From Trichoplax adhaerens (Eukaryota; Animalia; Placozoa), in contig NW_002060960.1 in the NCBI RefSeq assembly GCF_000150275.1, positions 186,001 through 250,000 on the forward strand: DNA of 64,000 bases. Reading direction: 5' to 3'. Both the position numbers and the translations under genes were made by a program. Of this stretch, positions 25,043 to 55,287 are shown piece after piece. Below the pieces are notes generated by a model. It did no database searches. It was not told the origin of the DNA and worked only from the letters and a program-made list of their open reading frames with translations. The stretch's first letter is position 1. The number at the start of each line of letters is the position of its first letter.

Positions 25043-25560
25043 ATAGATGCATCTGATGTTCTTTCTGTCATTAGTAGTGATTGAATGGACACAGGTATAA
25101 TATTTGCTACAAAATATCAATTAAGGCCGTAAAACGGCTCGAGTAACTGCAACCTGCTCTGATTGTATCGTAGCTATTACTGAACCTATTTTTTTCTGGT
25201 ATGACAATTATTCATTTAATTAATTATCAATAAAGTTGAGTATTACTCACTTTAATTTTTACTGTGACGAAACTGATTTTCTCTTTTGCAATTTTAAGAA
25301 AGAAAGCGATAATTTTTATAGCCTTATAAGCATAATTCTTTAGCCGCTGCAATACTGTACTCATCAGCAGAATTTACAATACTAATTTAAAATATTTCTC
25401 ACAGTAGATGCATTTGATGTTCTTTGCGTCGCAAAATATTAATTAATGTCATAAAACGGCTTCGGTTGCAACAGCCTACTGTTTCTGAACTTAAGTTTTC
25501 CTGGTATTTGTGTACAATGTTTATTAATAAAGTTGAGCAATATTTTTTTAATTTTATAGT
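25043..25560. repeat. Diverged duplication between the TSC2 and SMG1 3' ends, each copy with AATAAA
   Basis: TAGATGCAT.TGATGTTCTTT..AAAATAT.AATTAA..TAAAACGGCT..AATAAAGTTGAG occurs at ~25043-25260 and ~25405-25560. Confidence 0.75.
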
Positions 25561-26230
25561 GCAGTACTATAGCGTACTTGCAACGGAAAAAATTTCGTTT
25601 ATTTCATTAAATCTGCTGCTGGTCAAGATGCCAGTGCAAAAACTGTGTTGTACTCTTGTGTTGATGAAAAAGTAGAACCAGTTGAACTACAGTATAAAGG
25701 ATAGTTTCATCGTTGTTCTAATAATTATGTAGTTTTACGTCATGTATCTGCGCTTGAAGGTATATTGCTTAAGGAATAAAACTAACCTTTTAAATATGAC
25801 CTTTTATTGTCAGTTTGACATAAAAAATAATTTGGAATTACCTAATTAGATTATACCTCCTAAAGTCTAGGCCAGAGATATAATTTTTAATCAGTTAGTT
25901 CCGTAAAATGATTCAGTAAGGTATTAATGCGAAAGTATTACGTTATTCAGCAAAAAAAAACCAGAAATTTTAAATTTGACATAATTTCGTCCTGTTATCC
26001 AATTCTATCAAGCGATTGTTTCATTAAAATTATAATCATTTAAACTGTTACAACTTCCTTAATCAAAAATTAAATACAAAACTTGTAAATTAAAATTTCA
26101 CCAGTCCATTTACAACGCTTCTATTGTTAGCGTTACAGGTATTCGAAAATATTCATAAAGTCGGAGATAATTAATTTTTACAATAGGAAATCTAATAATC
26201 GATCGTTTAATACAAGACAACTTTATAATT

Positions 26231-45213
<18,983 letters not shown>

Positions 45214-45434
45214 ACTCTACACTGGATTAGTCTAGTTGTAATCCGTTCTGCTCAACTATAGAAATGATCAAAGGACCAAGTCAGTATCACAAAAGCAAAT
45301 GGAAAACTTTGTATTTGATAGCATGATAACATGAGAGAATACTATTGCAAATTAGACAAGAAGCAGCAGAACAACACCGTGTGTACTCCATTGCCTTAAC
45401 CAAAGGTATACCGGTACAGTGTCTGTTTACTCAC

Positions 45435-45640
45435 CGTTGCAGTAAAAGATGGAATAAAATTCTAGATCAATCCACTAGTATCCATATACTAATTATTCTA
45501 TTCGGTTAAATTGACATTCAATGGTGTTCAAATTATCCTTGAAAAGCTTTCCTACAGCAGCCTTGGCATGAGAATTCAAGAAATGCAATTGGCCTTGTTA
45601 GCCATCATCTCCATTTGCTTCCAAAGTTTTGCAGCTGCTT
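45435..45640 (-). promoter_or_regulatory. Predicted non-coding first exon of SMG1 with four short uORFs
   Basis: Donor GTGAGT at 45434 and acceptor TAG at 45256-58. uORFs: 45614-45576 (MEMMANKANCIS), 45569-45552 (MPRLL), 45517-45506 (MSI) and 45485-45462 (MDTSGLI). The TSS is not known. Confidence 0.55.
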
Positions 45641-46132
45641 GTTTAGGTCTGCTCGTACTGTAGGTGACACACTGACACAGTGACACATACTGCAAGCTGA
45701 AGCACCGATTGACAGTGTGCTACAGTACGTTCGTACTTGCATTGACGCCTACCAAGTCCGTTCAACCAACATACTGTGTCACTCTTGGATAGGGGTCACC
45801 CGCGGACGCTTCAGTACCGTGGTCCAAAGTGACACAGTACATTAGCGCAGTGACTGACACTTACGACACGACGTGCTGCGTACTTGCCATAGACTCCGAA
45901 ATACTTGCCAGCATTGAATAGTCCTAGACTGACGTTTTTGTAGTGAACGAGCACCCTGATAATGACCCACTTGCTGCATGACGTACTGTAGTACGATAGT
46001 CCATAGCATTGAGTATCGGGTATCAAGATAGTCTATGAGCCTACACTCCAGTATGCTCACTTTGCCGCCGCTGAGTCAATGTTAGGGTTTGTCGGGTGGC
46101 GAGGAAGGATTTCAACGAGCAAGAAAGTTCCT

Positions 46133-47790
46133 CAGATCGCCAATATTGGACGAGTTGATGGCGGCATACTGACTTTCTAGTTCAAGTCCAATCGTTAGTG
46201 TAGAATAGAAATTGCTATACTCTATCCAGGATTGGACATGAAGAGTAGCAATGGCAGTCGTAGAGACTTGTGTACTACCCCGCATGAACATGGAAATAGT
46301 CCATGCTTACCGTGTAGGCAGCGAGTACTGCAGATCGCCAATTTTGGACGAGTTGATGGCGGCATACTGACTTTCTAGTTCAAGTCCAATCGTTAGTGTA
46401 GAATAGCAATTGCTATACTCTATCCAGAATTGGACATGAAGAGTAGCAATGGCAGTCGTAGAGACTTGTGTACTACCCCGCATGAACATGGAAATAGTCC
46501 ATGCTTACCGTGTAGACAGCGATTACTGCAGGTCGAGAGACGAATGGTATGACTAGTTTCAACTTGATTTCCAGTGCCTAATGAAAAGTTCAACAAAGTT
46601 CTAAATTAGATCCAGCAAGATAGGCCCTCAGATCGCCAATATTGGACGAGTTGATGGCGGCATACTGACTTTCTAGTTCATGTCCAATCGTTAGTGTAGA
46701 ATAGAAATTGCTATACTCTATCCAGGATTGGACATGAAGAGTAGCAATGGCAGTCGTAGAGACTTGTGTACTACCCCGCATGAACATGGAAATAGTCCAT
46801 GCTTACCGTGTAGGCAGCGAGTACTGCAGATCGCCAATATTGGCCGAGTTGATGGCGGCATACTGACTTTCTAGTTCATGTCCAATCGTTAGTGTAGAAT
46901 AGAAATTGCTATACTCTATCCAGGATTGGACATGAAGAGTAGCAATGGCAGTCGTAGAGACTTGTGTACTACCCCGCATGAACATGGAAATAGTCCATGC
47001 TTACCGTGTAGGCAGCGAGTACTGCAGATCGCCAATTTTGGACGAGTTGATGGCGGCATACTGACTTTCTAGTTCAAGTCCAATCGTTAGTGTAGAATAG
47101 AAATTGCTATACTCTATCCAGAATTGGACATGAAGAGTAGCAATGGCAGTCGTAGAGACTTGTGTACTACCCCGCATGAACATGGAAATAGTCCATGCTT
47201 ACCGTGTAGACAGCGATTACTGCAGGTCGAGAGACGAATGGTATGACTAGTTTCAACTTGATTTCCAGTGCCTAATGAAAAGTTCAACAAAGTTCTAAAT
47301 TAGATCCAGCAAGATAGGCCCTCAGATCGCCAATATTGGACGAGTTGATGGCGGCATACTGACTTTCTAGTTCAAGTCCAATCGTTAGTGTACTGTAGAA
47401 TAGAAATTGCTATACTCTATCCAGGATTGGACATGAAGAGTAGCAATGGCAGTCGTAGAGACTTGTGTACTACCCCGCATGAACATGGAAATAGTCCATG
47501 CTTACCGTGTAGGCAGCGAGTACTGCAGATCGCCAATTTTGGACGAGTTGATGGCGGCATACTGACTTTCTAGTTCATGTCCAATCGTTAGTGTAGAGCA
47601 GAAATTGCGATACTCTATCCAGAATTGGACATGAAGTGTAGCAATGGTAGTCGTAGACTTGTATATGACATATACAGTATTACTCCGCATGAACATGGAA
47701 TAATCCATGGTTACCGTGTAGACAGCGATTACTGTAGGTAGAGAGACGACTCGTATGACTAATTTCAGGTTGATTTCCAGTCGCTAGCCA
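46133..47790. repeat. Higher-order satellite: 198-bp A units and 100-bp B units, arranged (AAB)(AAAB)(AAB')
   Basis: A units start at 46133, 46331, 46629, 46827, 47025, 47323 and 47526. B units start at 46529 and 47223, with a degenerate copy at ~47735. Copies are nearly identical. Confidence 0.97.
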
Positions 47791-48030
47791 AGAGTTCAAA
47801 TTTCTAGACTATATCGAGAATTGGACGTTCAAAGTAGCAACTGCAATAGATAGTAAACAAGACAATGTACCGGTGATAGCGTTAGTTTAATATTGCTAGC
47901 TCAAGTTTCATGTCCATGCCTTAGAGGAGAGTCCAATTCCTCTACTACTATACGAGTATATCAAGAATTGAATATTAGGACTCGAGGAGAGGCAACTGGA
48001 GTTGTAGTGGGAAACTCCTATACTACGTGT

Positions 48031-48305
48031 AGATCGAGAATAGGGTACGGAGAGTTATCACTGCAGTAGTCAAAACTCCTATATTAGATCGAGAATAGGA
48101 TAGGGAGAGCTATCACTGCAGTAGTCAAAACTCTTATACCAGATCGAGAATAGGATAGGGAGAGTTATCACGGCAGTAGTCAAAACTCCTATACCAGGTC
48201 GAGAATAGGATAGGGAGAGTTATCACTGCAGTAGTCAAAACTCCTATACTAGATCAAGAATAGGATAGGAGAAGTAGCCACTGCAGCACTCAACAACTCC
48301 TATAC
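48031..48305. repeat. 55-bp minisatellite, 5 copies
   Basis: AGATCGAGAATAGGATAGGGAGAGTTATCACTGCAGTAGTCAAAACTCCTATA(C/T)(C/T) at 48031, 48086, 48141, 48196 and 48251. Confidence 0.95.
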
Positions 48306-49029
48306 TGTAGTATATCGTGTTTAGAAGTTTGTATGATTGCGAGTAAAATCGACTAACTAAAGGCTATGCATCAGCGATGACTTGAAAATCAATTACTGTA
48401 GCAATAAGTCTTGACCCTCGAATTCATCGTCATTACAACTGCAATAGCGTTGGGTAACATGAATTTTATTATTGACATGCTGTAGTCAATAGAGTCAAGT
48501 TTGCAAGCAAAACATGACTAAAGTCAATATTGCACATATGCCTTTCATCAAGTCTATGGCGCTGGATCAGAGTAATCGCTAATAAAGCCCTGGTGATTAT
48601 CTATTCGTTTGTAGACTGTCAATATTGAATATCATTTGGCAAGAATCGCTTGCATCTTTATCTCGCCGGATCGAAGACGCCAATCATGTAATAATACCAT
48701 GCAGCAATGATAGCCATACTAGCTATTTACAAACCAATTGCTAAGAAAAGGTTACACAGTAGACCGGGATTGTCCATTCCTATTTTTGAATAAATCACCA
48801 AGTAGTATAAGTCGTCCATTCTTGTTTATAAATAAAAGACGATATAGTTTGTATCAAGTTGTCCATATCTATTAATAACAAAACCCAGCCCTTAGCATTG
48901 AATAGGTCGAAGAATCGATTTTTTTATATCCTAATATAGCGCTACACTTGGCAATCTATTCATCTTTTGATTGCTAGTATGTCTTGCTTACTAAGGGTAG
49001 TATTAAGAGTAGAAATAGTTCTATAAGTT

Positions 49030-49775
49030 ATACCGTTGAATCGTAAGCGGTGGCGTGAACATGGTAGTAGTTATGTGTAACATGCTTCTCAAGTTATTCG
49101 TTTACCCAGTAATCATAAAGATGCTCCAAAAAATTGCCACTGATTATGACAGCATGTAAAAACACCTTGAAGCAGAAATCACTATCCATTTTGTACCCGT
49201 AGTAAAGTAGATGATTTCCTCCCAAGCGATAGTAATACCTCATTCCTACAAGCCACAATCAAGTCGCAAAGGCAGCTACGCCATTCGTCTTTTTTGAATA
49301 CTTATCCTTCCGACTTAACAGTACATCTTTCAATTTAATATAAAGTGTATACCGTTCACACGTAGGATATGGTGTAAACACGGTAGTTGGTTATGTGTAA
49401 CTTGCTTCTCTACTTATTCGTTTATCCAATTATCAAAAAGCTACTCAGAAAGTTGTCAATAATGATGACAGCATATATAAAATACCTTGAAGCAGAGATC
49501 GCTATCTATTTCCTACCCGTAGTATACTAGACGATTTCCTCCCATACGATAGCGATACTTCACGCCTACAAGGTACAATCAAATTGCTATGGTAACTACG
49601 GTATAAGCTTTATTTGAAATGGTTATCCTCCTAATTTAATAATCGTATACGAATATCTCTGCAACATGCAATGTTACCGTTCTATTGCAGGATATAGCAT
49701 AAAAATGGTAGTTAGTCATATGCAAATTGTTTCTCTTGTTATTAGTTTATCCAATAACCATTAAGATACTCCATG
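49030..49775. repeat. Diverged ~320-bp tandem repeat (2 full copies plus 1 partial)
   Basis: TACCGTT...GGTAGT.GTTATGTGTAAC.TGCTTCTC..TTATTCGTTTA.CCA at ~49031, ~49350 and ~49675. Confidence 0.85.
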
Positions 49776-50849
49776 GATTGTTGCAGCATAGAAACAAGGA
49801 TATCAACTTTAAATTACAATTTCAAAGTTGTTAGAATCCAATATCCAAATTTTATCATAAATTTTTATAAATATAGTAGCTTCAAAAAGACTGTGACGGC
49901 TAAAACTTCCGTAAGCATAAAACTAGTCATCTATAAAGGGAAATGTGCTTCATCAAGAGACTCCTGATAGACTCCATTTTACCAAAGTCCTTCCAGCTAC
50001 CTAACCGCATAGTTGATTATACCTACTCTTCATGGTTTCTAATCATAGCAGACACATCAAGTTCTTCAAATCAACATCACTCAATAAGGATAAAAACGAA
50101 CTAGCAGTAGTATTGAAATAGCTACGACGTCGGGCAAAAATCGACTTCATCTCGAGAGAAAAAAATTGCAGATATACGCGCTAGAAACATTTCATGATAT
50201 ACGCGTATATAAATCGTATCGCGATCACTATCATCATTTCTTGTCGGCCTTCTGTTACAGGCATTTAATATCAAAATCAACTAATCATAACCCTTGGCAA
50301 CTACATTGCCGAGCAGGAGCAATTATTTCCCATAATATAAATTCCTACTGGTCTAAATTGAAAGCCACCAATCGTGAACTGAGGTAATGACAATCATCAA
50401 AAAAGATACCGGCTGATTTCTACAACCTGTCATTTGACACATCGATGTCTCCACAAACGCCATTCCTTATTATAGTCATCCTATCTGTACATGGCACCCG
50501 CCGATATCCATTCCTTTATCGATATAGTAGCAAAAAGTCATCTATGACCATGTATTTTTATGGCTCGATACCATATAAGTCTTTTCTCTCCTTTCTTTCA
50601 CTTGCTGACCTAAGCCATATAGTTCACATCGATTCAAATATAGTCAACGAAATGGCAAACAGCAACTCATCTCAATGTTTGCACGATGAAAGCGTCAATG
50701 CAAAATCTCATCCTATCCATCTCCAGCCCTTATTAATAATTTTGATTGCAATACGATGAGCTATTCTAATTGCACCCAAGTGAGAGTAGATCTATAAAAC
50801 AACTTTTGCTAACTTGAATAACGCTAATGGTGAAGACAGCAGAATAAAA

Positions 50850-53798
50850 ATGGAAGATGACAATCAGCCTTCAAATGTACAAGACTTGTGGGATAGTGAC
50901 CTTGAGAATTTAATTCGTGCAAACTCAACTCGCAGCTCTAACCAAGAGCATTTAATAAGGGACCTATATCAGCAACTGTACAGCGCTGACATCGACGACC
51001 CAATCTCATCCTTTCCCATGAATAGTCCAGCCATGTCTGAAACAAATTTATCAACTAGTACATCACTTCAATCTTCAACAGCAAATTCTTCATCAAGCAA
51101 CGATGAAGAGATACCTCGTAAACTATCCAAGCAAACCATGGGAGATAATACCCATGATAGCAGAGTAGACAACCAAAAAGTAGAAAAAGGAACATCGAGA
51201 TATGATGAAACTGGCCATGTTGATGGTGTTGAATCAACCGTTGATGAACAGAATCAATCGAATACGCTTCCTGAATCTCAACCAAATCAAGCTGAAAAGT
51301 CGGATAATGAAGAGTCAATGGAATCATCGCCACCGATAACTCGTACGAGAAGGGAATTCATCACTGATCAAGGGCACCAAAGTTCCGGCTTTAATCAAAT
51401 AAGAAATACAAATGCTCCATCGAACAGGGAAAACGATCCATTAATTCGTCATCTTCATCAATGCAAGACGCACATTGCCTTTGAACCCCTGCGGAATCCT
51501 ATACCAAATCCAAGCCTTACATTTCGTCGAAAACTATTAGCGCCTGGATCTATCCTCAATGGTGGTCCTGGACGTGGTAGATGTAATAATCAGCAAGGTT
51601 TACCCATACCTAGATTTCTACAAAATGCTTTAAGGAACACTAATCCGAGAGTTGCTTCTATACTAACTGCTGATCACAGTTTAATGCATCCTATGCTGCC
51701 GAGGATGCCGATGCCTATAGCCGCGAACAATGCTGGATTTGAGGAGGTTAGTTAAAAAAAGTATATCTAGCACGAATTGAAGAGACTTTCTAGTGAGAGA
51801 ACTCACGCTGTTGACGAATTTCAAAGTCACCATTAAACTTGAATTATTTCAAGCCATTAGTTGAGATAGGTAGTAGCCTATATCACCGTAGGTATTGATG
51901 GCATTTTACTTTGATGAGTAAGTTTATGCAAAATGTATACAGTAAACATTTCGTTCTAGGAATATTAGTATGTTAGGTAGTAAAGATGACGAATAAGAAA
52001 TTGATGTAAACAACTAGAATACAATCAGAACTGACTACCTTAAATTGTTTAAAATTGATTTATAATATTTCAGTATAACAACACTTGCTTAATCATTTAA
52101 TCGACTACTATCGATATCCATCCATAAGAGCTAATTTTTCCCGAACAATGAAGGATTAACTATATTGTAATTGAGCATTTTAACTTTATTTAATCTACGT
52201 ACTTACTAAGAATCATCAATACATTATAGAAGTCTAGAATTATCAAGCTTAATCCTTCGTTATATATGTAACAGAAGCGGGTCTTACAATAGTTGTTGGT
52301 GTTTCTAAGATACAGAAACAGTATAGGAAACTCCCAACTAGTACACCACAGTGCTTCTTTTAACTTGCTGTTATTGATATTGCAAGATAAAGGAACAGTA
52401 TAAGAAATGGTACAGTACTTGCACTTCTACGTCAGATTTTGAATATGTCCAATATGCAATGCAATACCATCTATATGAGATAAAATAAATTCCATCATTT
52501 CTCAACATGTCCAACTTCCAATTAGCTCACGAATGATAACTTAACTGTCATTGAGTACCGTAAGCTATCCAATACTCTCAAATAGTATTATTGATCCAAG
52601 AAGATTACCTACATAGATATCTACAGTATAGAATAGAAAAGGACTACATGTGCATAATGAATATTTTTACTTTAACTAACAATTCTTAGCTAATTATTAA
52701 CAAAAAAATTGTCCTTCTTCTAACGTAGCAAACATAGTCAAAGTTAATATCCATCTTAAAACTAGGCGTAGTATAAAATTAAAATTTGATCTGCACCGGC
52801 TAACTTTTGTACCATGGTGTTATTTACACCCACAATATTCATTGCATCACTTGGTAAGCAGTGATATATTATCTACTACAATAACTGTACTGAAATAAGC
52901 TAAATTTCTATCAATTGTTTCCAAAATTCTAGCTTCCTGATATATCACTATTGGATACTAACACGAATAGTAACGTGGTTGGTACGAGGAATCAGAACCA
53001 TTCTCCAGTAAGTGATTCACAAACGACTCTCCTAGGACTGATCTGTAGACATTGTCTATGCAGATTCTAGCTACCTACAGTACAGGATGTACAATGAAGC
53101 AGATGTTAATGTAGTTCAATGGTTCTTTATCGAAACTAACCAGGTTATGCGTCATTGCTTTAAAAATTGCTAGTCTTCCGATAGGCAACCACAAGAGCAT
53201 AATACTACTGCAGATGCCAGCAATACTAACGTAGATAATTCTAACCCGCCACTAACTGCGACTTCACAGCCTCAATATAGCGCAGCTGATGTAAGTCAAT
53301 TAATTAGTCGAAAACAACACTTAACTCTCTACCCTACTAACGGCAAACTGATCGATCACTACAGCTATAATATTTAAGGCTAATATCTGCTATCTAATGA
53401 ATAATGCTATCAATTTATTCTAGTATTTTACTGTCAGGAATCATAACCCATTTTATGATAGCACTTCTGTATCTACCATGACGGAAGAGTCTCAAAATTT
53501 ATCTTCTACAGGCGATAATTCTGTAAATATTACATTCTAAAGTTGAATGAGATGAACAGATTATTTTGACGATATTTTATCACTAATAACGACTGAAAAA
53601 GCAATATATTAAATCTTGATATACTATAAAACCGTGAATTTTCTTAAATTGGAACACTAATGGTATCATTATTTTATCACAAAGGCCAATTCTGTATTTA
53701 CAGATGCAGAAGGCGATAATACGAGTTTGACCAGTAGCGAAGCAAATCAGTCGACAGATATTTCTGCTCCAGCTGAAACATCTCTTAGCCCTTCTTAA
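50850..53798 (+). CDS. Orphan intrinsically disordered S/N/T/D/P-rich protein
   Basis: Exons ~50850-51746, 52932-53006, 53174-53290, 53424-53522 and 53685-53798 join through phase-0 GT-AG introns into one open frame ending ETSLSPS*. No domain was recognised. Extra exons in 51747-52931 are possible. Confidence 0.65.
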
Positions 53799-55287
53799 TC
53801 ACTGAAAAATGGAAGGTTTGTCTAATAAATACGGTAAAGTGATTAATAACTTAACTGAGAAACGGGACATAAAATATGAATCTTAAATTGGAAAATCTTT
53901 CAAATTTATTAATTCTGCTTCTCTAACACAGGTATAAACAGTTGCAAACAAGAAAACGAATAACATCTATATATAATCGTTAAATCAATGCTATAGATGA
54001 GTAATGATTGCTGAATGTTATTAATTCATTTAAAATGATTGTATAAGCCGTACTCAACGAATATGGTTACGCTAGTTGTTAATGTTGACTCGATCAGTTA
54101 ATTTATTAAACTTAATCATCCAAGTAATCATGAATCATGTAATAAAATATCACTTGTTCCATTAGAATGTAAGCTATTAAATGCATTTATCTATACGGTT
54201 TAGCAGTTAGATTACTTCATCCGATCAAGAATTGGAATAGATTTGTTTATAGGCCCATTAAAACTAAATTCAGCACAATTTCTTAGGATATACTGTTATG
54301 AAATATTTGACTTTTCCGATATTAATTCATATCGCTACGGTTGCTTTAGTACTTAATTCAATATAAAAAAGATTAATATCTCGGTAAAAATAGAAGGTGA
54401 TTATTAAGAATACTAAAGAGGATGATTAATATAAGATAGCAAATATCTAAAATTAATTATAATAAAACCCTCATCGATCTAACCAAACATTTAGAGTACT
54501 TCAATGATACATTTCCTATCCCTATTTCTAGAATTACGTCCTAACTGAAGGGTAACCATTGCATCATTTAAAATTTCTGCTTAGAATACTCTATTCAAAT
54601 ATCAAGCTAGATCTGGGACAAGAAATTAATACTTTCTTCGAGCACTCCAGCTATTGCTAAATGGCTTTTTTGGCATTGTACTGTATTCCATCTAATCTAG
54701 TAGTAGCGACTATAAATCTCCATAATAATAATGAGAGTAAGCGATACTACAAGGCGGCAAAGAAGATAGCGTAAAATCAACAAAATTAAAACCTAACTAG
54801 TAGTACCTGTAAGCTTGTCTATTAAGATGTACATTTCATTATCTAATACAATCATAAAGTTTAGTTAATGCAGCAGTATTACTAAAAAAGTACAAGTACA
54901 TTCATTTTTAATGAAGGAAAGTCACTGTACGATTAAAATAGCAAATTTCAATTTATTTTGTTTTATAAACAATACGAACATAGGTTAAAAACTCGATACA
55001 GCCAACTGTTGACAAATACTTCCATAATTAGGGGTTATAGAAGTATAACCATGTTTAACTAGTTTCATTTTTTGAAATTTGAATAACTCATACAATCAGA
55101 GAAAATATGGTTAATCTTGTGGTTATTAACAACAACGATATTAAATCAAAATCTATCCAATCTTAAATGCTTTAACCTAATAATCATGTAGCCGGTAAGC
55201 CTTAGCTTGCTATCCTATTTTTACAAATTGAGTCGAATCTAAGAGATAGAAAAGTTAACGTTTTTCTCTATAACATTGCTCAAGAAT

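Noticed and set aside
46307-47708. Repeated 60-68 aa ORFs (MFMRGSTQ...) as a peptide gene family
   Set aside because: They are by-products of the repeat. One unit carries a 5-bp frameshifting insertion, and no protein features are recognisable.
46133-47790. Satellite as a CRISPR array or spliced-leader RNA gene cluster
   Set aside because: There are no unique spacers or cas genes, and the context is eukaryotic. The strong donor (CG|GTAAGC) is on the minus strand, while the Sm-like AATTTTGG is on the plus strand and in only 3 of 7 units.
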